Positions 8,660 to 17,074 of a stretch of 32,000 bases of DNA are shown here, one piece after another; within the stretch, counting starts at the first letter, position 1; each line of letters opens with the position of its first letter. The notes below the pieces were generated by a model. That model worked only from the letters and a program-made list of their open reading frames with translations, was not told the origin of the DNA and ran no database searches. The position numbers and the translations under genes are program-made. The stretch is from Thermoproteus tenax Kra 1 (GTDB taxonomy: Archaea; Thermoproteota; Thermoprotei; Thermoproteales; Thermoproteaceae): the NCBI RefSeq assembly GCF_000253055.1, contig NC_016070.1, forward strand, positions 300,001 to 332,000, read 5' to 3'.

Positions 8660-9510
8660 AGCCCCAGCGCCCTCCTCAACGACCTTTTGACGGCCACGCC
8701 CAACATGGCCCGCCTGTACTCAGCGCTGGCTCTGACGTCCCCCACGGGCTCCACCTCTCCTGCGGCTGCCTCGGCGGCTTTGAGCAAGAGGTCCTCAGAT
8801 ATCCTCCTCCCCCTCAGGACCTCCTCAGCCCTCTTGAGCCTCAACGGCCTCAGCCCCACGCCTGTCGCAGCAAGCCTTACGTCTTCGACGACCCCGTCCT
8901 TGGCCCAGACCGCGGCGGCGACGCCGGCTATCGCGAAGTCGTTGTGCCTCCTCGCTATTTTGACGTAGGAGGAGCTCGGCGGACACCTCATTCTGACCTC
9001 GACTATGACCTCCCCCTGTTGGAGCGCCGTGGCGTAGGGGCCTTGGAAGAATTCCTCCGCGGGGATCTCTCTGGGGCCGGACGGCCCCCTGGCCACTATG
9101 ACTCCGTCGAGGGCCAATACAACGGCCGGCCAGTCGGCGGCGGGATCGGCGTGGGCGAGGCTGCCCCCTATGGTCCCCATGGATCTGATCTGGGGATCGC
9201 CGATCTGCCGGGCCGCCTCAGGTATGGCTCCGCAGGGGCCCCTCCACTCCTCCAGCTCTCTGTGGGTCGCGAGAGCCCCCACGGCGAGCTCGCCCCCGCT
9301 GAGCCTTATATACTTCAACTCCTTAAGTCTCCCTATATCCACTAGCTTGCTCGGTGAGGCCAGCCTGAGCTTGAGGAGCGGTATCAAGCTCTGGCCCCCC
9401 GCGAGGGCCTTCGCGTTGGGGTCGCGGGACAGAGCCTCGATGGCGTCCTCGAGCGAGGACGCCCTGTAGTACTCGAAGGGCGGCGGTATCATACTACCGT
9501 GCGGCCACAA
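8656..9510 (-). CDS. Mo-hydroxylase FAD-binding medium subunit (CutB/CoxM-like)
   Basis: Contains AGGQSLIPLLKLRLASP and GTIGGSLAHADPA motifs. It is the first gene of the three-gene operon. Confidence 0.85.
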   Translation of the reverse strand: MWPHGSMIPPPFEYYRASSLEDAIEALSRDPNAKALAGGQSLIPLLKLRLASPSKLVDIGRLKELKYIRLSGGELAVGALATHRELEEWRGPCGAIPEAARQIGDPQIRSMGTIGGSLAHADPAADWPAVVLALDGVIVARGPSGPREIPAEEFFQGPYATALQQGEVIVEVRMRCPPSSSYVKIARRHNDFAIAGVAAAVWAKDGVVEDVRLAATGVGLRPLRLKRAEEVLRGRRISEDLLLKAAEAAAGEVEPVGDVRASAEYRRAMLGVAVKRSLRRALGL

Positions 9511-9514
9511 CTAT

Positions 9515-10558
9515 TTAAGTTTGCACCTGCAGCACCACCTTTATATCGTCGTGGGTCCACACGTAGGCCTCTTGATATCTCTCGAGTGGGACGACCTTGG
9601 TGATCAGCCTCTTGGGGAAGCCGTTGAGGGAGTCGTTGGCCTCCTTTAAATGGGCCAGGGCCCTCTCGAAGTGTCTGAGCCCCGCGTTCACGGAGCCCAC
9701 AACGAGTTTGTTCTTGAGGACTGCGTCGGTCAGAAGAGAGCCGAGGCCCTTCAGCTCGCCGGTGGGAGGATAGACTCCCAGGAGCACCTCGACTCCGCCC
9801 GGGGCGAGCCTCTCCAAGCCCTGGACGGCCAGAGAGGGGGCGCCGGTGGCCTCTATAACTAAGTCGAACTCCCCCTCCAGCCTCTCGTGGACTGCGTCTA
9901 TATATCTCCCTCCCAGCTCCTCCACAAGCCTCGCCTTTAGGCTGTCGTGGGGCCTCGTCGCCACCGCCGTTATAGACACGCCCATCAGCCTGAGCACCAT
10001 AGACGCCAGGAGCCCCACTGGGCCTGCCCCGAGCACCAACGCAGTCTTGGGCGGAGAGCCGAGCCTGGCCTTGTAGGACTCTACGCCCAGCTCGACCCCC
10101 TTCTCTACAACCGACAGCGGCTCGGTCAAGACGGCTATATCCCTCAGCTCCTTCGGCACTTTGACGAGGTACGCAGCATCGGTGATGGACAGCTCTGCGG
10201 CGTGTCCGTGGAGGCCCCATATGCCGTGCTCGAGGTATTTGCCAGGAGGGCAGTAGTCCACGGGGAGTTGGCAGTCGAGGGGCCTTCTCACTGTGGGCAC
10301 CACTAGGTCGCCCTCGGAGACGTTGTCGACGCCTTTGCCCAAGGCGGCGACCTCGGCCAGAGCCTCGTGGCCCAGTATCAGATAGTCGGACCCCTCGGGC
10401 GCTTTGCCGTATCTCCCCTCTATTATCTCTTTGTCGGTCCCGCAGACGCCCACCAGGAGCGGCTTCAACAGGACTTGGCCCGGGCCGGGCTTGGGCTCGG
10501 GGACCTCCCTCAGCCTCAACGACTCCGGGACGCCCGGGGTCACTGTGACAGCCCTCAT
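9515..10558 (-). CDS. gdh: Zn-dependent MDR dehydrogenase, archaeal glucose-1-dehydrogenase-like
   Basis: Contains VGVCGTDKEIIEGRYG...DYLILGHEALAEV...GDLVVPTVRRP, which matches the pattern I recall for Sulfolobus/Thermoproteus GDH. A GAGPVGL Rossmann motif is present. Confidence 0.7.
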   Translation of the reverse strand: MRAVTVTPGVPESLRLREVPEPKPGPGQVLLKPLLVGVCGTDKEIIEGRYGKAPEGSDYLILGHEALAEVAALGKGVDNVSEGDLVVPTVRRPLDCQLPVDYCPPGKYLEHGIWGLHGHAAELSITDAAYLVKVPKELRDIAVLTEPLSVVEKGVELGVESYKARLGSPPKTALVLGAGPVGLLASMVLRLMGVSITAVATRPHDSLKARLVEELGGRYIDAVHERLEGEFDLVIEATGAPSLAVQGLERLAPGGVEVLLGVYPPTGELKGLGSLLTDAVLKNKLVVGSVNAGLRHFERALAHLKEANDSLNGFPKRLITKVVPLERYQEAYVWTHDDIKVVLQVQT

Positions 10559-10578
10559 AAGCCTCTACGGGGCCGGCC

Positions 10579-12111
10579 TTAATGAACCTTTCTGCGCAGG
10601 GCCTCGCGGAAGAGGAGCGCCAGAAGGAGCGCCGCCGAGGCGGCGACGTAGTACTGTGTCACAAACTGATAGATGGGATAGACGTAGTAGCAATAGGCCG
10701 AGGCCGCGAGCGATGCCGAGAGCGCGGCCGCGGCGGCGAGCCTAGTTGTACGGCGTTTGAGGGCGAGGGCAGCTCCAAGGGCGATGGCGCCCAGCGCAAG
10801 GACGGCGGGCAGAGCCTCCAGCCAGGGAGCTGGATAGACCTCGGCGTAGCTGGGGCCTCCGGGGCGCGCGTAGGCGATATAGCCGTAATGCACGGGGTAC
10901 TGGAGGGGCAGAGGATAGCTCCAGTTCCTCGGCGTAATTATCAACGGCGGCCTCGGAGGCGCCGAGAAATTAAAGGCGGCCAGCAGGCCCGGGAGATCGC
11001 TGTTCTTGACCTCGGGGGTCAGATAGGGCAGGCCCCAGTTGTAGTCGATAAAGGCCAAGAGCGTGTAGTCGCTCATTGTGTAGTTGTCCACCCAGCCCTC
11101 TCTGGCGTAGGGCGAGATGATGAGCAGAGGCACCCTCTGGCCCAGGCCGAAGGGGTCCACGGCCGGCGGAACAACGTGGTCGTAGAAGCCGCCCCCCTCG
11201 TCGAAGGTTATAAATATGGCGGTCGAGTTCCAGCACGGGCTCTCCTCGACTGCGTTGATCAGCTCGGCCAGCTTCAGAGCGCCCGCGGTGGCGTTGTGGG
11301 GAGGATGCATGTCGTACTCATCGTCGGAGCCTCCGAAGAACATCACCCAAGACACTGAGGGGACGGAGCAGTCCCTGAGCTGGGAGAGGAAGAGGGAGTA
11401 GTCGTGATAGTCGCTTGAGTACTCGGAGGCCCCGGCGAAGGCCGTGAGGGGATAGGGCACTCCTCCCTCGTAGCCGTAGACGTAGTAGCCCCAGGAGACG
11501 CCGGCTTGAGAGAGCTGGTACATAATGGACTCGTTGAACGGGACAACGCCGTAGGCGCTGTCGGTGTAAAAGCCCGGGGGCCTCCCGATGAGGTCGGCGA
11601 CTCTGTTCGGCTCAGTGAGGCCGAGCACTGGCGCATAGAAGTTGTCGGCCAATACGTACTCCTCGGCGTAGTCCCAGAGGGGCCAGACCTGTTGATAGGA
11701 GAGGTACTCCAGGGACTGGGGGCCGGAGTACCAGACGAAGCCGACGGGCTGCCCGAACCAGTAGTCGCCGTGGTACTGGGCCCACCCCTCCGAGGGGTTC
11801 TCGTTGACCGCAGTGCCGGCGTATTTAGGATGGGCGTAGCCCAGCTGGGGGATCCAGGGGACGAGGGGGACGTCGATCCAGTCTAATTGGTCGCAACGGG
11901 AGAGGAGCTGTGTATAGCTCTTGTAGAGGCCGTCGGGCCACATGACAGAGAGAGTGACGTTGTTGACGATGGGCGGACACCCGAAGGGATATAGGCCGAA
12001 CAAATTGTCGAAGGCTCTGTTCTCCTCCACTATGATCACAACGTGCGAGATGGGCGTAGCCGCCGCCAGCGCGAAGGCGGCGAGGAGGAGCAGGGCGAGG
12101 GGCGCCCTCAC
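10579..12111 (-). CDS. Secreted, membrane-anchored phosphoesterase-family protein (phospholipase C / AcpA acid phosphatase family)
   Basis: A signal peptide (MRAPLALLLLAAFALAAA) is followed by HVVIIVEENRAFDNLFG, the family hallmark. Multiple N-glycosylation sequons and C-terminal TM segments are present. Confidence 0.8.
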   Translation of the reverse strand: MRAPLALLLLAAFALAAATPISHVVIIVEENRAFDNLFGLYPFGCPPIVNNVTLSVMWPDGLYKSYTQLLSRCDQLDWIDVPLVPWIPQLGYAHPKYAGTAVNENPSEGWAQYHGDYWFGQPVGFVWYSGPQSLEYLSYQQVWPLWDYAEEYVLADNFYAPVLGLTEPNRVADLIGRPPGFYTDSAYGVVPFNESIMYQLSQAGVSWGYYVYGYEGGVPYPLTAFAGASEYSSDYHDYSLFLSQLRDCSVPSVSWVMFFGGSDDEYDMHPPHNATAGALKLAELINAVEESPCWNSTAIFITFDEGGGFYDHVVPPAVDPFGLGQRVPLLIISPYAREGWVDNYTMSDYTLLAFIDYNWGLPYLTPEVKNSDLPGLLAAFNFSAPPRPPLIITPRNWSYPLPLQYPVHYGYIAYARPGGPSYAEVYPAPWLEALPAVLALGAIALGAALALKRRTTRLAAAAALSASLAASAYCYYVYPIYQFVTQYYVAASAALLLALLFREALRRKVH

Positions 12112-12300
12112 TTAGGAGCGGCGGAAAAGATATTTAAATATGCGCGATTTTGAGATCGGCCGGGACTGGCCGGCGGAGGCCGGCGTTGGCCGGGCGATGA
12201 GTCCGGCAGGGCGCCTCCCCACTGTGAGGACTCTCACTCTCCGAGGGCTGAGGAGGATTCCACGTGCCGAAAGGTTTTATACTGGGGACCGTGGCGCTAT

Positions 12301-13029
12301 ATGCGTTGGTGGGAGCTCACTTGGCCCGAGTTCGAGAGGGCGGACAAAACTGTGGCCCTCCTCCCCACGGGGATAGTTGAGGCCCACGGGCCCCATCTGC
12401 CGCTGGGCACCGACGCCCTCATGGCCGTATATCTGGCCGAGGAGGCGGCGAAGAGGACGGGCGCCCTCCTGTTGCCCCCGGTGTGGTACGGCAACACCTA
12501 CGTGTTGGACAGATTCCCCGGGACTATCTCGATAAGCAGCGAGACGCTCTACCGCCTGTATAGAGATATATTCCGAGAGGTCGCCAGAAACGGCGTCAAA
12601 AGGCTCGTCGTAGTCAACGGACACGGCGGAAACGTAGACGCCTTAAATATGGCGGCCAAGGAGGTTGCCAGGGAGACGGATCTGACCATAGTGGTAGTGA
12701 ACTGGTGGATAGATTTAGCCAAAGAGGCCAGGAGGAGGGTCCTGGAGACTCCGGAGGGCCACGCGGCGGAGGACGAGACCAGCGAGGTCATGGCCGCCTA
12801 TCCGCACTTGGTCAAAGAGGTGCCCCGCGACGCAGACGAGTGGGTGGAGGCTAAATACAGAGTCTACGGGAGGGAGGTCTACGAGATATCGTACAGAAAG
12901 GCCGTGCAAGGCTATCCCTCCAGAGCCAGTGCGGAGAAGGGCAGAGCCATTCTCGAGGCCGCAGTGGAGGAGCTGGTGGCCCTTGTGGAGGACTTGAAAA
13001 AGGGAGTTTTGCCCGTCAGGAGGAAGTAG
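12301..13029 (+). CDS. Creatininase-family amidohydrolase (ArfB-like)
   Basis: Contains LLPTGIVEAHGPHLPLGTD...VVVNGHGGN...EGHAAEDETS, the metal-ligand pattern of the creatininase fold. A TATA-like GGTTTTATAC lies about 25 nt upstream. Confidence 0.75.
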   Translation: MRWWELTWPEFERADKTVALLPTGIVEAHGPHLPLGTDALMAVYLAEEAAKRTGALLLPPVWYGNTYVLDRFPGTISISSETLYRLYRDIFREVARNGVKRLVVVNGHGGNVDALNMAAKEVARETDLTIVVVNWWIDLAKEARRRVLETPEGHAAEDETSEVMAAYPHLVKEVPRDADEWVEAKYRVYGREVYEISYRKAVQGYPSRASAEKGRAILEAAVEELVALVEDLKKGVLPVRRK

Positions 13030-13804
13030 AGAGCGACGACGCCCTATTTATCACCCAGGTCGCGTTCTCCGATAGGAAGACCCCGGGCTGATACTGGAGC
13101 GCCTCTACGACGACTTTGACTGTGGGCGGAGGCATGAGGAGCAGCTTAATGGTCGGCGTCACCGCAACGTCCTCGTAGAGGGGCGCCCCCGAGGAGCTGA
13201 GGCACACTGTGCCGTTCACTTGGGCCACATAGGGAATGCGGAGCTCTCTGGCGGAGGGCAACGGCAGGACCAGAATATACGAGAGCTCGTCCGACGTTAT
13301 ATTCCCCTTGACGGCGTAGCAGTACGCCGTGTAGCCCGAGACAGTCCGCTGGCCCTCATAGCTGGTTATGTTGTCCATAAGGGAGAGCGCCCTGGCCTTC
13401 GCGCTCTGGAGCTCTGCGACGGAGCTCGGGCCGAGCTGTCGACACCCGCCGAGCCAGACCCCCAGCGGAGCCGAAGTGAGATAGCAGAGCTCTAGGCCTC
13501 CGTCGGAGGGCATTGTGGCGAGGTAGAATACAGCTCTGCCCGACGGGCCCGCACTTGTCGACATCGCCAGAAAGAGGCGGAGGGACCCAGACTGGCTGTA
13601 GACCGCGCTGGCGGCGAGCGACTGGGAGACGGCGCCCTCGGTCATCTCTATGTCCAATTTATACTTCGCAGTGAAGGTGGAGTTCATGCCCTGGGACGCC
13701 AGCTGCGAGAACTTGGGCGGCGCGGCCGGCGCAGTCCTCATGAGGATGGCCGCCACGGCGGCTGCAGCCAGTATGACGGCCGCCGCGACGAGCGCCTTGT
13801 TCAT
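13016..13804 (-). CDS. Hypothetical N-terminally membrane-anchored extracytoplasmic protein
   Basis: The track ORF 13016-14224 is trimmed to the ATG at 13804 (MNKALVAAAVILAAAAVAAILM...). A TATA-like TTAAAGATAAATAT lies about 25 nt upstream, and the longer extension is antisense to the lpd-like gene. The mature part is beta-rich with N-x-S/T sequons. Confidence 0.6.
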   Translation of the reverse strand: MNKALVAAAVILAAAAVAAILMRTAPAAPPKFSQLASQGMNSTFTAKYKLDIEMTEGAVSQSLAASAVYSQSGSLRLFLAMSTSAGPSGRAVFYLATMPSDGGLELCYLTSAPLGVWLGGCRQLGPSSVAELQSAKARALSLMDNITSYEGQRTVSGYTAYCYAVKGNITSDELSYILVLPLPSARELRIPYVAQVNGTVCLSSSGAPLYEDVAVTPTIKLLLMPPPTVKVVVEALQYQPGVFLSENATWVINRASSLSTSS

Positions 13805-13906
13805 ATAGGGGCGGGGGCAGAGATATTTATCTTTAAGGCGGCGGGGACTCCGGAGAATGTCATATTTTTGACAAAAAGTAAATAAACTAATATTATCATT
13901 GAGGTC

Positions 13907-15355
13907 ATGCTGGGGAAGTACGGCGTATTTCCGCCCACGGACCCAGAGTTCGAGGATCCGCCCAAACTGGATAAATACGACGTCATCGTCGTAGGCGGAG
14001 GAGGCGGCGGATACCACGGCGCCTTCCAGCTGAGCGCGGGCGGCTACAGAGTCCTCATGGTGGACGACAAAGGGAACCTCGGAGGAAACTGCCTCTACGA
14101 GGGCTGTATACCCTCGAAGTCGGTCTTCTACATGGTTTATCTCGCCGAAAGGCTGAGGAGGCTGGCCAAGAGATCGGCCGGAGCCGCTGAGGTGAAGGCC
14201 ATCTGGGAGGAGGCCGTGGATCACAAGGACGAGGTACAGTATCTGAGATATCTACAACACATCAGAGAGATAAAGGAGCACGGGAACGTGGACTTCGTCA
14301 AAGGGGTCGCAAGGGTGTTGGACGGGCGCAGAGTCGAGGTGACGGCCGTGGACGGATCCTGGAGGAAGACTGTCGAGGGGAGCAGACTGCTCTTGGCCAC
14401 AGGCTCGGTGGCCGTCAGATTGCCCATACCTGGGGCGGAGCTGGCGATCGGGAGCGAGGAGCTCTTCGGCTATAGGACGAAGAGGAGGACTCTTCCGAGG
14501 GAGGTGGTGGTCATCGGCGGAGGGTACATAGGCGTTGAGGTAGCCTCGGCTATGGCCAGCGCGGGCGCCAAAGTCACCGTCGTGGAGATGCTGCCCAGAA
14601 TAATGAGCGGGTGGGACTCGAGCATCGTCTCAATGATAGAGGGGGCTCTGAAGGGGAGGGGCGTCGAGATATTGACCAACTCGAGGGTGACCGCAATAAG
14701 AGAGGAGTCGGGCCAGAAGGTCGTGGAGTTCCAGAGGCCGGACGGAAGCAAGGGCACAGTCGCCGGCGAGGAGGTGGTCATGGCAGTGGGGAGGAAGCCC
14801 TACGTGGAGGGGCTGGAGGCCCTCGGGATAGTGGAGAAGGGGCGCGTCGTCGCGGACTCCTCCATGAGCACGAAGGCGCCGGGCGTCTACGCGGCCGGCG
14901 ACGTATTGGGCAAATATATGCTCTACCACGCGGCCGTCAAAGAGTCCACTGTAGCTGCGTGGAACATAATGATGGGGAGGCCCGTCTACGAGGTCAACTT
15001 CAACGCAATACCTCTGACTCTGTTCACAGAGCCTGAGGCCGCCATGGTGGGCATCAGCGAGGACGAGGCCAGGGCCAGAGGGATCCCCTATGTGGCCGTC
15101 CAGTACCCTCTGGAGGACGACTCGTACGCGCAGATAGTCGGAGTGAGGGAGGGGTGGGTGAAGCTGATAGTGGAGAGGGAGAGCCAGAGGATAATCGGAG
15201 GCTCGGTCTACGGCGAGGCCGCCTCGATGATAATAAACGAGATAGCCCTTGCGGTGGCAGTCAACGCGAGGGTCAGAGACCTGGCGCTGTTGGCCCACGC
15301 CCACCCGACCATATTTGAGTCCATCGACAGAGCCGCTGTGAGGTTCTCCCTCTGA
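13907..15355 (+). CDS. Class I pyridine nucleotide-disulfide oxidoreductase, dihydrolipoamide dehydrogenase-like
   Basis: Contains VIVVGGGGGGYHGA (FAD binding), the redox disulfide CLYEGCIPSK, a second Rossmann motif VVIGGGYIGVE, and a C-terminal HAHPTIFE His-Glu dyad. Confidence 0.85.
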   Translation: MLGKYGVFPPTDPEFEDPPKLDKYDVIVVGGGGGGYHGAFQLSAGGYRVLMVDDKGNLGGNCLYEGCIPSKSVFYMVYLAERLRRLAKRSAGAAEVKAIWEEAVDHKDEVQYLRYLQHIREIKEHGNVDFVKGVARVLDGRRVEVTAVDGSWRKTVEGSRLLLATGSVAVRLPIPGAELAIGSEELFGYRTKRRTLPREVVVIGGGYIGVEVASAMASAGAKVTVVEMLPRIMSGWDSSIVSMIEGALKGRGVEILTNSRVTAIREESGQKVVEFQRPDGSKGTVAGEEVVMAVGRKPYVEGLEALGIVEKGRVVADSSMSTKAPGVYAAGDVLGKYMLYHAAVKESTVAAWNIMMGRPVYEVNFNAIPLTLFTEPEAAMVGISEDEARARGIPYVAVQYPLEDDSYAQIVGVREGWVKLIVERESQRIIGGSVYGEAASMIINEIALAVAVNARVRDLALLAHAHPTIFESIDRAAVRFSL

Positions 15356-15395
15356 GGCGCCGGGCGGGGACCTCGGCTCAGATAATTGTTCAACA

Positions 15396-16332
15396 ACGGG
15401 CTTCGGCGTTCCCCCCCCCCTTCGGCTTCGCAGGGGTGTTTTCCGCGATTCCTCTGGCCATGTTCGCCTTCGGAGTAGAGTCATCCCAGACTTTGCGGAG
15501 GAGTCCAAGACCAAGAGGCTGGACACAGCAATAATGTTGACCATCCTGGGCCAGTCCCTGATCTATTCTCTGTCGCCTTCGTCGCAGCTCTGAACTGGGG
15601 CTGACGCCGGGAGACTGGGGCTCGCTGTCCTCGCTCCCCGGAAACCCCTTCATCGACATAGCCTCCGGCCTTCACGCAGCGCCTCTGCTGACGGTACTGG
15701 TGGGCGTCATCGGGCCGTTTGTCACCGGATATATCTACCTGGGCGCAGGGACCAGAGTTCTGTTCGCCATGGGCAGATCGGGCTATGTGCCTTCGTCCAT
15801 GAAGGCGTTGCACGAGAAGTACTCAATACCCTACTGGAGCCTGGTGGTTTTCGCAATAATGGGATCGATTGTGACCTACATCTCTTCGCCTCTGCCGACG
15901 ATCTACGGGCTGATCACCGACAGCGTCGTAGCCGGCTATATTGCCTTTTCAGTGAACCCCGTCGTCATGGGCGTCCTGTGGAGGGGCGGGACTATAAAGA
16001 ATAGGTGGACTCCCGTGATAGCTCCCCTGGCCTTCATCGCTTCGTCTCTAATAGTGTTCTGGTCCGGCTGGCCTCTGGTCCCCTACGCCGTGCTTCTGCT
16101 TGCGGCTGGGAGCATAATCTTTGGTGTAATTTATAAAGTGAAAGAGGATTTTGTAAAATCTTTGTGGTATATAGGGTATATCGCCTTTCTGACCCTCATG
16201 ACCTACATAGGCAGCGTTGGCGCTTTGAATTTAATCAACTTCTATGCGGCGTCCGCAATAGTTGCAGCGGCGTCCCTCGTCTTCTACTTTTTAGGAGTGC
16301 GGAGCGGCGCTACCGCTAAAGGCAGCAGATAG
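15396..16332 (+). pseudogene. APC-superfamily amino acid permease remnant, lacking its N-terminal third or more and carrying at least 3 frameshifts in 15480-15600
   Basis: Hand translation needs four frames. Frame 1: FPPPFGFAGVFSAIPLAMFAFGVES. Frame 0: IPDFAEESKTKRLDTAIMLTILGQSLIYS. Frame 2: VAFVAALNWG. Frame 1 again: LTPGDWGSLSSLPGNPFIDIASGLHAAPLLTVLVGVIGPFVTGYIYLGAGTRVLFAMGRSGYVP..., which is track ORF 15700-16332. The FAFGG-E-IPDFAEE-K block is the mid-protein APC signature. Only about 45 nt separate it from the lpd-like stop, so the first TM helices are missing. Confidence 0.7.
15411..15420. repeat. C10 homopolymer tract flanked by TTCGGC direct repeats
   Basis: Reads cttcggcgtt-cccccccccc-ttcggcttcg. 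It lies inside the permease remnant, where it encodes PPP. Confidence 0.95.
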
Positions 16333-16524
16333 GTCGGTCCTCTTTTTTGGTTCAACGATCCGTTAGCTCTGCGGCTGACCTGCGCCGCGGCTCTCGCCGG
16401 AGTTGCGCCCAACTTGGGTCTGCAGACCCGCCCGGCAGTCTGCGTCAGCTGACGTCGGCGCTAGCCGTCGTCCAGTATCTTTCGGCGCTCGGCCAGTACG
16501 CCGCAAGCGCCGACGCGGCGTATT

Positions 16525-16815
16525 CTATGGCCGCGGCGGCCTCCCAGGCGCGTATCTTCCAGCGCGGCTCGCCACGTAGTAGGCCTTCTTGAGGGCGTCG
16601 ACGAGGGCGACGACGAGCTGCCTAACGGGCAGGGGCCTCGGCAGAAGCCTCCTAACCCTCACCGCAACCCCCAGGAGGTCGTCCACAGAGCCGAGGTAGA
16701 CGGTGTCGCGGGGGCGCCAGCCCAGCTTGAGGTACAGCCGACGGCCCAAAAGCCAGAGGTATCCCGCCAAGGGGCCTACCCTAACGCGGCCGAAGTAGAG
16801 GTACACATCGATCAC
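16525..16815 (-). CDS. Small hypothetical protein next to the CRISPR leader, possibly frameshifted and extending to about 16446
   Basis: GTG start at 16815, with a palindromic TATA-like ACATATATGT about 25-30 nt upstream (16838-16849). Product: MIDVYLYFGRVRVGPLAGYLWLLGRRLYLKLGWRPRDTVYLGSVDDLLGV... I recognise no family. Confidence 0.35.
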   Translation of the reverse strand: MIDVYLYFGRVRVGPLAGYLWLLGRRLYLKLGWRPRDTVYLGSVDDLLGVAVRVRRLLPRPLPVRQLVVALVDALKKAYYVASRAGRYAPGRPPRP

Positions 16816-17074
16816 AACAAAGGGCGAATCGCGCCGCTACATATATGTCAGTAAAGGACATAATCGACATTTAAAGAACGCGTTGGAAAGGCAAGGCGAA
16901 GAACGGCGCTGGGTCGCGCCTTCTCTAGGGCGCAGTCGTAAAGGCGAAGAACGGCGCATGCCGTAGCCCGGTCAGAGGAATATATGAATGTAAATGGGCG
17001 TTTGAAGGCGACCGCCGGGCGGGCGGAGGATCTGGGCAAAATTTAAATAGCCGGGGCCGCAATCGACGTGGGCG
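16816..17074 (+). promoter_or_regulatory. CRISPR leader with a TATA box proximal to the first repeat
   Basis: AAAATTTAAATAG at 17037-17050 lies about 25-30 nt upstream of the first repeat at 17075. A perfect 17-nt direct repeat AAGGCGAAGAACGGCGC occurs at 16893-16909 and 16941-16957. Degenerate repeats sit at the opposite end of the array, which supports this end being the leader. Confidence 0.6.

Noticed and set aside
6032-9510. Calling the three-subunit Mo enzyme an aerobic CO dehydrogenase (coxMSL)
   Set aside because: The large-subunit active-site loop reads PYRGAGR (form-II / aldehyde-xanthine type), not the AYxCSFR loop of genuine CODH.
12194-12251. Possible C/D box sRNA in the 12112-12300 spacer (GCGATGA ... 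CTGT/GTGAGGA ... CTGA)
   Set aside because: The boxes are imperfect and the guide spacings (about 21 and 17 nt) are well off the ~12 nt expected. There is no terminal stem. The spacer is better explained as two divergent promoters.
13805-14224. N-terminal 140 codons of the 402-aa track ORF 13016-14224 (-)
   Set aside because: This part is antisense to the well-supported lpd-like gene. An internal ATG at 13804, with a TATA box about 25 nt upstream and a signal-anchor sequence, gives a coherent protein.
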